Shown one piece after another: positions 55,759 to 64,000 of a stretch of DNA of 64,000 bases. Position 1 is the stretch's first letter. Every line of letters begins with the position of its first letter. The stretch covers positions 33,306-97,305 of the forward strand of contig JAUIFA010000001.1 in NCBI GenBank assembly GCA_030429625.1, written 5' to 3'. The notes under the pieces are model-generated. The model did not search any database. It saw only the letters and a list, made by a program, of their open reading frames with translations, and was not told the origin of the DNA. The position numbers and the translations under genes were made by a program. This DNA comes from Alphaproteobacteria bacterium. GTDB lineage: Bacteria > Pseudomonadota > Alphaproteobacteria > Rickettsiales > UBA8987.

Positions 55759-56097
55759 CTACAAAGAACCTTCTTGAAAGCGTTGTTCAATCTCACGTAT
55801 GGCTTGGAAATGCAGGTCTGTCATCTTTTCACGAACTTCTTCTTCGGTAATGTCCATACCAGCATTTTGAATGTCATTAAGAATTTTTTTCACCACCGCA
55901 CCGTCTTCTTTATTCTCAACGCCAAAGCGGACGATGGACAACGCATATTCCAGAGCCTTCTCATCGTCCAGCTGCATAAATTCAGAGGCCCAAAGCCCAA
56001 GAAGCTTCCTGCGACGGGATGTGGCTTTAAAATTTAATTCTTCGTCTTTGAAAAACTTTGATTCAAGCGCTTTGCCTTTGTCTTGAAGTGTTGTCAT
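55759..56097 (-). CDS. DUF1476 protein (alphaproteobacterial F1-ATPase inhibitor zeta-subunit family)
   Basis: 112 aa. The N-terminal (E/D)KF..DEEL.F+A..RR.KLLGLWA pattern and ~105-aa length are typical of DUF1476. It is divergent from purC, a common alphaproteobacterial arrangement. Confidence 0.75.
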   Translation of the reverse strand: MTTLQDKGKALESKFFKDEELNFKATSRRRKLLGLWASEFMQLDDEKALEYALSIVRFGVENKEDGAVVKKILNDIQNAGMDITEEEVREKMTDLHFQAIREIEQRFQEGSL

Positions 56098-56250
56098 AAT
56101 GGTAATTATCCTCTATATTGGTCAACAAAGTTAGCAAGAACATTAAAAAACTAACTTAATGGTTGAAAATCAAATATTTCACCCTATAAAGCTAGGTGAA
56201 TCGAGCTTACTAATTTTATAGCAAGCTACACATATATACAAGGAAGTTTC

Positions 56251-57087
56251 ATGTCACGCAATAACCCGTTATATGAAGGTAAGGCAAAAATTCTTTATGA
56301 AGGGCCTGAACCCGGCACAATAATACAATATTTCAAGGACGATACCACGGCTGGAAACGGCGAAAAGCACGAAGTGATATCGGGCAAGGGCGTTTTAAAT
56401 AACCGTATTTCAGAATATCTTCTCACGGCGTTGGAAGAAATAGGGATCAACACACATTTTATAAAAACCCTTAATATGCGCGAACAGTTGGTCAAAGCGG
56501 TGGAAATTATTCCCATCGAAGTGGTGGTGCGTAATATTACCGCCGGCAGTCTGGCTAAAAGATTTGGCGTTGATGAGGGCATTGTGCTTCCGCAGCCCAT
56601 TATCGAATATTATCTTAAAAGCGATAAATTAAACGATCCAATGGTCACAAGGGAGCATATTACTACCTTTGAATGGGCAATAGAAGAAGAGCTTGAAGAG
56701 ATTGGTCGCATTGCGCTTCGGGTCAATGATTTTCTCACTGGCCTGTTTAAATCGGTGAAAATACGACTGGTTGATTTTAAACTTGAGTTTGGTCGTGTTT
56801 ACGATGAGGAAGGTAATATTTACATATTGGTGGCGGATGAAATCAGCCCGGACTCATGTCGCTTGTGGGACGTTGAAACCGGCCAGAAACTTGACAAAGA
56901 CCTGTTCCGTCGTAACGAAGGTGACATCGCAAAAGCCTATCATGAAGTTGCTAGACGTCTGGGTATAATAGACGGTGATAATAATGTGATTGATGAAGAA
57001 AAAGGTAATGTTCAGCCAATTACGCCGGTTGTTAAAACCAACCCCTCCCCGATTACAAAAAATAAAAATCCCAAGAAAGATAAATAG
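56251..57087 (+). CDS. purC: Phosphoribosylaminoimidazole-succinocarboxamide synthase
   Basis: 278 aa with [20 protein letters not shown]-type [10 protein letters not shown] and LVDFKLEFG. Carries a ~25-aa Lys/Pro-rich C-terminal extension. Confidence 0.95.
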   Translation: MSRNNPLYEGKAKILYEGPEPGTIIQYFKDDTTAGNGEKHEVISGKGVLNNRISEYLLTALEEIGINTHFIKTLNMREQLVKAVEIIPIEVVVRNITAGSLAKRFGVDEGIVLPQPIIEYYLKSDKLNDPMVTREHITTFEWAIEEELEEIGRIALRVNDFLTGLFKSVKIRLVDFKLEFGRVYDEEGNIYILVADEISPDSCRLWDVETGQKLDKDLFRRNEGDIAKAYHEVARRLGIIDGDNNVIDEEKGNVQPITPVVKTNPSPITKNKNPKKDK

Positions 57088-57095
57088 AGAGAGAA

Positions 57096-57341
57096 ATGAA
57101 AGCAAAGATTTACATTACACTTAAAAACGGGGTGCTTGATCCACAAGGAAAGGCCATAGAAGGCTCACTTGGCCATCTTGGATTTGATGGAGTCACCAAT
57201 GTGCGTCAAGGCAAGTTTATTGAAGTTGAGCTTAATGAGAGTGACATTCAAACAGCAGAGAAAAAGGTCGACGATATGTGTAAGAAACTTTTGGCCAACA
57301 CGGTGATAGAAAATTATTCATTTGAAGTGGAAGCGGCGTAA
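57096..57341 (+). CDS. purS: FGAM synthase subunit PurS
   Basis: 81 aa with LKNGVLDPQGKAIE..L..LGF and the purS position between purC and purQ. Confidence 0.93.
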   Translation: MKAKIYITLKNGVLDPQGKAIEGSLGHLGFDGVTNVRQGKFIEVELNESDIQTAEKKVDDMCKKLLANTVIENYSFEVEAA

Positions 57342-58028
57342 ATGAAGGCATCAATTGTTGTGTTCCCTGGGTCCAATTGCGACCGTGACATGAAAGTAGC
57401 ACTGGAAGGGTGTGGCGTACAGGTAACTATGGTGTGGCATGCAGACAGTACATTGCCTAAAAGTGATTTAGTGGTATTGCCGGGCGGGTTTTCCTATGGG
57501 GATTATTTGCGCTGTGGCGGCATTGCGGCCAAGTCCCCTATTATGCGTGATGTGATCAAACATGCAGAGAGTGGAGGGCATACTTTGGGAATTTGCAACG
57601 GTTTTCAGATTTTAACTGAAACCCAGCTTTTGCCAGGCACATTGATGCGCAACCGCGGCCTTAATTTCATCTGTAAAGATGTGACGCTTAAAGTAGATAA
57701 TAATAGCACATCATTTGCCAATCGTTATGCAGCGGGCGAGGTTGTCACCATTCCTATTGCACACCACGATGGCAATTATTTTGCCTCGCAAGAAGTAATA
57801 CAATCCTTGCAGGATAATGAGCAGATTGCGTTTACCTATTGTGATGAATCCGGTGCGGTTAATGACAATGTTAACCCCAACGGGTCGTTGAAAAACATTG
57901 CAGGAATCTACAATGAAGAGAAAAATATTTTAGGCATGATGCCACATCCTGAGCGTTTGTGGGAAGACGCGCTCGGTGGCACAGATGGGCGTGGCCTGTT
58001 TGATTCATTGGTACAAAGCTTTAGTTAA
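57342..58028 (+). CDS. purQ: FGAM synthase glutaminase subunit PurQ
   Basis: 228 aa with FPGSNCD, GICNGFQIL (nucleophile Cys) and MPHPER. Confidence 0.95.
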   Translation: MKASIVVFPGSNCDRDMKVALEGCGVQVTMVWHADSTLPKSDLVVLPGGFSYGDYLRCGGIAAKSPIMRDVIKHAESGGHTLGICNGFQILTETQLLPGTLMRNRGLNFICKDVTLKVDNNSTSFANRYAAGEVVTIPIAHHDGNYFASQEVIQSLQDNEQIAFTYCDESGAVNDNVNPNGSLKNIAGIYNEEKNILGMMPHPERLWEDALGGTDGRGLFDSLVQSFS

Positions 58029-58039
58029 CAGGATTTTCT

Positions 58040-60229
58040 ATGACAGCACTACAACATAACATAACATCAGAAATTGTGGCAGAGCATGGTTTTACGCCTG
58101 AAGAATATGAAAAAGTGCTCTCCATAATGGGTCGGGAGCCCAACATGGTGGAGCTGGGCATTTTCTCGGTGATGTGGAGTGAGCATTGTTCTTATAAATC
58201 CACCCGTAAGCACATTAAAAAGTTGCCCACCAAAGGTCCGCAAGTCATTTGTGGCCCGGGTGAAAATGCTGGTGTGGTGGATATTGGTGATGGACAAGCG
58301 GCGATTTTCAAAATGGAATCGCACAATCACCCTTCTTTTATTGAACCTTATCAAGGTGCGGCAACGGGTGTGGGTGGTATCATGCGCGACATTTTCACTA
58401 TGGGCGCGCGCCCCATCGCCAATTTAAATGCACTAAGATTCGGAGACTTTTCCAATGCTAAAACCCGTCATCTGGTCAGCGGTGTGGTTGCTGGAATAGG
58501 TGGTTATGGCAATTGTATGGGTGTGCCAACGGTTGGTGGTGAGTGCCAGTTTGACAGCAGCTATAACGATAATATTCTGGTCAATGCCATGTGTGTGGGT
58601 TTGGCGGATTCGGATAAGATTTTTTATTCTGCGGCAGCGGAAGTGGGTGCGCCGATATTGTATGCTGGGTCGGAAACAGGTCGTGATGGCATTCACGGAG
58701 CGACGATGGCCTCGGCGGAATTTGACGACGATTCAGATGAAAAACGCCCTACCGTGCAAGTAGGAGACCCGTTTGCCGAAAAAAGAGTGATGGAAGCCTG
58801 TTTGGAACTGATGAAAGAGGACGCAATCATCGCCATTCAAGACATGGGTGCGGCTGGATTGACTTGTTCTACCCTTGAAATGGCGGACAAAGGCGGAACC
58901 GGTGTCGAGCTGATTCTCGACGATGTGCCTGTGCGTGAAGAAGGGATGATTCCGTATGAAATTATGCTCTCTGAAAGCCAGGAGCGTATGTTGATGGTCA
59001 TCAAGCCGGGCAAGGAAGACGTTGCGCATAAAGTCTTTGCCAAATGGGAGGTGCCGTCTGCCATCATTGGGCATTTAACCGACACAAAGCGGATGATTCT
59101 TAAATTTAAGGGGCACATAGTAGCTGATTTGCCGGTGTCTCCATTGTCAGACGAAGCACCGATATATGACAGAGCATGGAAGCCAACCGAAAAAGCAGAT
59201 TATTTGTCGATCAACAGCAAGACTGCCAATATTGAACTGATTACCATACTAAAAAAATTGCTTGCCACACCAGAGCTTTGCTCCAAGCGTTGGATTTGGG
59301 AGCAATATGACCATATGGTAATGGGCGATACATTGCAACGTCCTGGTGGTGATGCGGCAGTGGTGCGCATTCACGGCACGAACAAAGCCCTTGCCATGAC
59401 CAGTGATTGTACCCCACGCTATTGTTATGCTGACCCGGTTGAAGGCGGCAAGCAGGCTGTGGCTGAAGCATGGAGAAATTTGACCGCTGTGGGAGCAAAA
59501 CCTTTGGCGATTACCAATTGCTTGAATTTTGGTAACCCACAAAAACCTGAGATTATGGGGCAGATTGTGGGTTGTTTGGTGGGAATGAAAGAAGCCTGTG
59601 AAGTGCTTGAGTTCCCTGTGGTTTCCGGCAATGCCTCGCTCTATAATGAAACCAATGGGGAGGGCATCAAACCTACACCGGCCATTGGCGGCATAGGGCT
59701 GATTACAGACGCGCAGAAATATGCCACCATTGATTTTAAAGCGCCTGCACAGACCATCATCCGTATTGGTGATATGAAAGGTCATCTTGGGGCATCATTG
59801 TATCAGGAAGAATTCTTAGGCAACATAAAAAGCGCGCCACCACCGGTAGATCTAGAGATGGAAAAACGTCACGGTGATTTTATCCGCTTAGCTATTAAGA
59901 AAGGTTGGGTGACGGCCTGTCATGATGTGTCTGATGGTGGTCAGCTCGTAGCGATTACTGAAATGGCCTTAGCAGGTGGAATGGGTGCGAATATTGATAT
60001 TGCGCCGGACATTGCCCGTGCCTTTGGCGAAGACCAAGGGCGTTATATTGTTACCGCAACAGCCGAAATGGCTGAACGAATATTAACCTCAGCACCAGAA
60101 AAAGGCGTAACGGCCATTGTGGTAGGTGAAACTGGCGGCGACAGTTTGGTTATTGGGGACAGTAAAGTTTCCGTTGAGGAGCTTAAAGCTATCAATGAAA
60201 AAACATTGCCTGATTATATGGCCGGATAG
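58040..60229 (+). CDS. purL: FGAM synthase subunit PurL
   Basis: 729 aa with SEHCSYKS, ESHNHPS and GGIMRDIF, and full-length PurL colinearity. Confidence 0.96.
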   Translation: MTALQHNITSEIVAEHGFTPEEYEKVLSIMGREPNMVELGIFSVMWSEHCSYKSTRKHIKKLPTKGPQVICGPGENAGVVDIGDGQAAIFKMESHNHPSFIEPYQGAATGVGGIMRDIFTMGARPIANLNALRFGDFSNAKTRHLVSGVVAGIGGYGNCMGVPTVGGECQFDSSYNDNILVNAMCVGLADSDKIFYSAAAEVGAPILYAGSETGRDGIHGATMASAEFDDDSDEKRPTVQVGDPFAEKRVMEACLELMKEDAIIAIQDMGAAGLTCSTLEMADKGGTGVELILDDVPVREEGMIPYEIMLSESQERMLMVIKPGKEDVAHKVFAKWEVPSAIIGHLTDTKRMILKFKGHIVADLPVSPLSDEAPIYDRAWKPTEKADYLSINSKTANIELITILKKLLATPELCSKRWIWEQYDHMVMGDTLQRPGGDAAVVRIHGTNKALAMTSDCTPRYCYADPVEGGKQAVAEAWRNLTAVGAKPLAITNCLNFGNPQKPEIMGQIVGCLVGMKEACEVLEFPVVSGNASLYNETNGEGIKPTPAIGGIGLITDAQKYATIDFKAPAQTIIRIGDMKGHLGASLYQEEFLGNIKSAPPPVDLEMEKRHGDFIRLAIKKGWVTACHDVSDGGQLVAITEMALAGGMGANIDIAPDIARAFGEDQGRYIVTATAEMAERILTSAPEKGVTAIVVGETGGDSLVIGDSKVSVEELKAINEKTLPDYMAG

Positions 60230-60230
60230 A

Positions 60231-61136
60231 TTATTTCTTAATACGATCAATGTATAAAAACGCAATGGCACCAAACATAGAGGCCAGAGTGTTAATCATA
60301 AAATAAAGCAAAGAAAGGGTTACACCCAACTCCGCATCAAGCGCCAATAAAGGGGCGGCATAGAAGAAGGTGGCCTCCCTTAAACCTACGCCACCAATAG
60401 AAATCGGCAATATCGAAACGATCGACGAAATCATAAAGAGAATAACATAATCAATCGTTTGAAAAGCATGACCCAGTGCGTGCAGCAAAAGCACCACCGT
60501 AACAACTACCGAACCTTGGGCAATGGCCGAGTAAAATCCAGCAATGATTTGGGTCATTAAGGATTCTTTGAGCATGTAGCGCGCCAGAATGTAATAAGAG
60601 GGAAACAACCCGATTACAGCAAGAATTAAGAGAGGAATAGCGTAATCAAATTCCAGTACGTTCTGACTAAAAAAACAGGCAAGAAGTGTGTACAATATCA
60701 GCAGCAATAAACCATTTCCCCGCCCAGAAATGATACAGCGTAGGGAAGTTTTCCAGGAAAATCCCCGTTTCTTTTTTAGATAATAGGCCTTATAGCCATC
60801 ACCGCCAATACCGCCGGGTAGGATGAGGTTAAACAACATGCCTACATAATACAGAGCCACAGCAAAGGCAACACTCAACCTCAAACCGGCGGCAGCAAAA
60901 TAATGCCGCATACGCAGACCACTGGCCATCTGACCTATATTAAGTGCTATTAAACCAAGCAAGGCATAGAACAAATTTATCTCTTTGGCGTATATTAGAA
61001 TTTTATCCAGATCAGCTTGTCCAATGACCAGTGCCAGTGCCCCAACGGTTAAGCCAAGTTTGGTAAAAAAGATCAGGCGTTTCTTGGGTGAGGGGGTGTC
61101 GTGAGGAATTTCCGGGATATGCAAATCACTCATCAA
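60231..61136 (-). CDS. Polytopic membrane protein, UPF0104 / LPG-synthase-TM (flippase-like) family
   Basis: 301 aa with ~8 hydrophobic segments and PGGIGGDGYKAYYL / PISIGGVGLREA motifs typical of the family. Its start overlaps the stop of the upstream GT2 gene by 4 nt. Confidence 0.7.
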   Translation of the reverse strand: MMSDLHIPEIPHDTPSPKKRLIFFTKLGLTVGALALVIGQADLDKILIYAKEINLFYALLGLIALNIGQMASGLRMRHYFAAAGLRLSVAFAVALYYVGMLFNLILPGGIGGDGYKAYYLKKKRGFSWKTSLRCIISGRGNGLLLLILYTLLACFFSQNVLEFDYAIPLLILAVIGLFPSYYILARYMLKESLMTQIIAGFYSAIAQGSVVVTVVLLLHALGHAFQTIDYVILFMISSIVSILPISIGGVGLREATFFYAAPLLALDAELGVTLSLLYFMINTLASMFGAIAFLYIDRIKK

Positions 61137-62131
61137 ATGTTCTCATCGTCCAATTTTCCGCCGGTATAGCTACGCGAAATAATATAAGGGGTTTTGTTTT
61201 GTGAGCCAAAATAGGTCCGCATTTGTAATTCAGCAAGGAAGCCAGTGCCAATGAGTTGAATGCCTACCAAAATAAATAAGATACCCACGAAGAAAAGTGG
61301 TCGCCCGCCAATGTCCTCGCCAAATAGTTTTAAGATTAACAAATAGAACTCTATCACAAAGCCAAGGCCACCAAAGGCAATGCCCCATGTGCCAAATAAA
61401 TGCATGGGCTTTTGGCGGTAGCGGATGAAAAACGCCATAAGTAAAAGATCACTAGCAACTTTAAAGGTACGACCAAGGCCATATTTTGAGACACCAAATT
61501 GACGAGGGTGGTGTTTGACGTCCATTTCAGCAATTTTGGCCCCTTTGATGTCCGCCAGAATGGGAATAAAACGATGCAGTTCCCCATAAAGATCAAGATT
61601 CTGGGCGATTTCCCGTTTAAATAATTTCAAACTACAGCCAAGGTCGCGTACTTTGGTGTTACTGATTTTGCGAATCAGCTTATTGGCAATGAGGCTGGGG
61701 ATTTTACGTAAGAACATACCATCCTTGCGATTGGCACGTCTGCCAGCAACAATATCCAGTTTTTCATCCTCTAACTTTTTGATCATCATCGGGATATCAC
61801 TGGGGTCATTTTGCAGGTCACCGTCCAATGTGGCGATGTATTTACCAGTAGCTGCGGCAATGCCAGCGGCCATGGCCGAAGTCTGGCCAAAGTTTCGGGC
61901 AAACACCTTCAAACGCACCGTATCTTTCTTAAGACCTATGACCGTGTCAACAGTGTTATCACTTGACCCGTCATCCACAAAGATAATTTCATAAGAGATG
62001 TCTTTCAATGCGCCTTCCACCGCTTGTACCATAGGAAGAATATTGTCCTCTTCGTTGTAGATAGGGATGACAACGGAGAGTGTAAAAGGGTTTTGAGCCG
62101 CTGGATTTTTTTTGTTTACCATAATTGTCAC
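61133..62131 (-). CDS. Polyprenol-phosphate glycosyltransferase (GT2, DPM1/GtrB/ArnC-like)
   Basis: 332 aa with LSVVIPIYNEEDN, FVDDGSSD, TLDGDLQNDP, and two C-terminal TM helices. Confidence 0.85.
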   Translation of the reverse strand: MTIMVNKKNPAAQNPFTLSVVIPIYNEEDNILPMVQAVEGALKDISYEIIFVDDGSSDNTVDTVIGLKKDTVRLKVFARNFGQTSAMAAGIAAATGKYIATLDGDLQNDPSDIPMMIKKLEDEKLDIVAGRRANRKDGMFLRKIPSLIANKLIRKISNTKVRDLGCSLKLFKREIAQNLDLYGELHRFIPILADIKGAKIAEMDVKHHPRQFGVSKYGLGRTFKVASDLLLMAFFIRYRQKPMHLFGTWGIAFGGLGFVIEFYLLILKLFGEDIGGRPLFFVGILFILVGIQLIGTGFLAELQMRTYFGSQNKTPYIISRSYTGGKLDDENI

Positions 62132-62165
62132 TTGTATAAAAGCTGTGCCTGTTTATTATAACCAT

Positions 62166-64000
62166 ATGGGAGAAATTAAAGCAACAAAACCTCAATTTAT
62201 TCACCTTAGGGCGCATAGTGCTTACTCACTATCTGAAGGTGCTATTAAAGTCAAGGAACTGGTTGAATTGGCCGCAGATAATTGCATGCCTGCCATTGCT
62301 ATTTCCGACAGTGGTAATCTGTTCGGTGCGTTGGAGTTTTCGCAAGCTGCCATTGAAGTAGGTGTCCAGCCTATCATTGCGGTGGAGGTAAATTTCTGTC
62401 TGGAGCACAAGGATGAAAACTCGGAACCGGTGACAGGAAAATCTGTCTTAATTGCCAAGAATGAAATCGGGTATTACAACCTGCTAAAGCTTGTCAGCCG
62501 GTCGTATCTGGAAGCAGAGGATCAGAGTTTTCCCATCCTGTACAAAGAGTATTTATCTGAGAATCTGGCCAAAGGGATCATCTTTTTAACCGGAGGAAAT
62601 AACGGATTGCTCAACAAGGCCATTATCAATGGCAACCAAAAACAAAAAAGCAAAATTGTAGATACATTGTTATTACTTTTCGGTGATAATCTCTACATAG
62701 AAATCAATCGCTTTGGCACAGAAGAAGAGGCGGTTACTGAGCCAGAGTTATTGAGAATAGCGTTTGATAAAAACATTGCGCTTGTGGCAACAAATAACGT
62801 GATGTTTGCGGATTTTAGCATGTATGAGGCGCAGGATATCTTAATGTGCATTGCCGGTGGTAACTATGTGTCGGATGCCAACCGTAAACGTTACAGCAAA
62901 GAGCATTATTTTAAAAGTCAGGAGCAGATGTGTGCGTTGTTTTCCGACATACCGGAAGCGGTGGAAAATACGGTAGAAATCGCCAAACGCTGTGCGGTGT
63001 TAAGTCCGGCAAGAAGCGCGATGTTGCCCAATATGGAAGTGGAGGGCAATACTGAGGAAGAAGAACTGCGTCGCATTGCGCAGGAGGGTTTGGAGGAACG
63101 TTTGCAGGATGTGGTGTTCCGTCAGGCAATCAGAGACAAAGAGGTGGGTGAAGAAAACACACAGGTAACGCTGACGAAGGAAGAAAAAGAAGCCATTGCT
63201 AAGCCATACCGTGAGCGGTTGGAGTTTGAGTTAGATGTAATTTGCCAGATGGGATTTTCGGGCTATTTTCTTATTGTCTCGGACTTTATAAGCTGGGCAA
63301 AGGAACAAGACATTCCTGTGGGGCCAGGGCGGGGATCGGGTGCAGGTTCGGTCGTCGCGTGGGTGATGCTGATCACCGATCTTGACCCGTTACGATACGG
63401 CTTGCTCTTTGAGCGGTTCTTGAATCCGGAACGTGTGTCGATGCCGGATTTTGATATTGATTTCTGTCAGGACAGGCGTGAGGAGGTCATCCGTTACGTG
63501 CAGCAGAAATATGGCCATGATAGGGTGGCGCAGATCATTACCTTTGGTAAATTGCAAGCCAAAGCGGTACTGCGTGATGTGGGTAGAGTGTTGCAAATGC
63601 CCTATTCTCAGGTGGACAAAATGTGCAAACTGATTCCGTTTAATCCGGCCAACCCGATTACTTTGCAGGAAGCCATTGATTTGGATCCCACCTTTAAACA
63701 AGAGGCAAAAAACGACGAGCAGGTGGCAAAACTGCTGGAAATTGGTCTGAAGCTGGAGGGAATGTTTCGCCATGCGGGAACGCACGCAGCGGGGGTGGTC
63801 ATTGGGGCACAGCCGCTAGACGAACTCGTGCCACTTTATCGCGATCCGCGCACGCCGTTACCGGCCACTCAATTTTCTATGAAATATGCGGAGATGGCAG
63901 GGTTGGTCAAATTTGACTTTTTGGGGCTAAAAACCCTTACCACCATTTCCAACATATGCAAGCTGATCCGTCAACAAGGGCAAGAGATTGACATCAACCA
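62166..64000 (+). CDS. dnaE: DNA polymerase III alpha subunit, N-terminal ~611 codons (3' end outside the window)
   Basis: Not in the ORF track because there is no stop codon within the window. ATG at 62166. PHP domain FIHLRAHSAYSLSEGAIK. In the same frame further on: GPGRGSGAGSVVAWVMLITDLDPL...FERFLNPERVSMPDFDIDF (about nt 63320-63470). Confidence 0.93.
   Translation, partial: MGEIKATKPQFIHLRAHSAYSLSEGAIKVKELVELAADNCMPAIAISDSGNLFGALEFSQAAIEVGVQPIIAVEVNFCLEHKDENSEPVTGKSVLIAKNEIGYYNLLKLVSRSYLEAEDQSFPILYKEYLSENLAKGIIFLTGGNNGLLNKAIINGNQKQKSKIVDTLLLLFGDNLYIEINRFGTEEEAVTEPELLRIAFDKNIALVATNNVMFADFSMYEAQDILMCIAGGNYVSDANRKRYSKEHYFKSQEQMCALFSDIPEAVENTVEIAKRCAVLSPARSAMLPNMEVEGNTEEEELRRIAQEGLEERLQDVVFRQAIRDKEVGEENTQVTLTKEEKEAIAKPYRERLEFELDVICQMGFSGYFLIVSDFISWAKEQDIPVGPGRGSGAGSVVAWVMLITDLDPLRYGLLFERFLNPERVSMPDFDIDFCQDRREEVIRYVQQKYGHDRVAQIITFGKLQAKAVLRDVGRVLQMPYSQVDKMCKLIPFNPANPITLQEAIDLDPTFKQEAKNDEQVAKLLEIGLKLEGMFRHAGTHAAGVVIGAQPLDELVPLYRDPRTPLPATQFSMKYAEMAGLVKFDFLGLKTLTTISNICKLIRQQGQEIDIN

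Noticed and set aside
56098-56250. Possible purine/ZTP riboswitch upstream of purC
   Set aside because: There is no GGGUCGUGACUGGCG / CCGGGCGCCUGGGCA-like ZTP elements and no purine-riboswitch junction sequences. The region is AT-rich and promoter-like only.
1-64000. CRISPR arrays, transposases/IS elements, prophage, toxin-antitoxin pairs or known defence systems
   Set aside because: I scanned all ORFs and every intergenic gap. There are no regularly spaced repeats, no integrase, transposase or phage-like proteins, and no small paired ORFs resembling TA modules. Intergenic space is too limited (the largest gap is about 200 nt) to hide an array.

Overview
Compact, moderately AT-rich chromosomal segment that looks alphaproteobacterial. 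Supporting markers: class I LysRS, the ctpA / YibQ-like / rppH and argS / SPOR / nagZ neighbourhoods, a DUF1476 zeta-like gene next to purC, and erpA beside a dGTPase-like gene. Almost every base is coding; the largest intergenic gap is about 200 nt and holds the only RNA gene, tRNA-Pro(GGG). Most genes are housekeeping: purA, purCSQL, argH, lysA, hisGD, panC, pdxH, gpmI, priA, dnaE (partial, absent from the ORF track because it runs off the window), argS, lysK, nadK, rlmH, xthA and zapE. Accessory content is a dTDP-rhamnose operon (rfbBADC) followed by a GT2-TM-SDR fusion, three more GT2 genes, an exbB-exbD-exbD-tonB set, and several Sec-signal proteins with eukaryote-like repeats (EF-hand x2, Sel1, ankyrin). 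There is also a lot of two-component hardware with no DNA-binding output: a hybrid HK-REC-HPt, a CheY-like protein, a REC with an Arg-rich tail next to a His-less HPt-like protein, and a REC fused to an RsbW-like ATPase. I see no CRISPR array, transposase, integrase, prophage, rRNA or recognisable defence system. I cannot point to one clear novel system. The best candidates are the REC + pseudo-HPt pair (16.2-17.4 kb), the REC-ATPase / coiled-coil porin / single-lobe binding-protein cluster (47.3-50.0 kb), the tandem secreted EF-hand paralogs (18.9-19.6 kb) and the GT2-TM-SDR fusion (26.9-28.8 kb). All calls come from reading the translated ORFs and the DNA by eye. No searches or computations were run, so family assignments rest on motifs and synteny.
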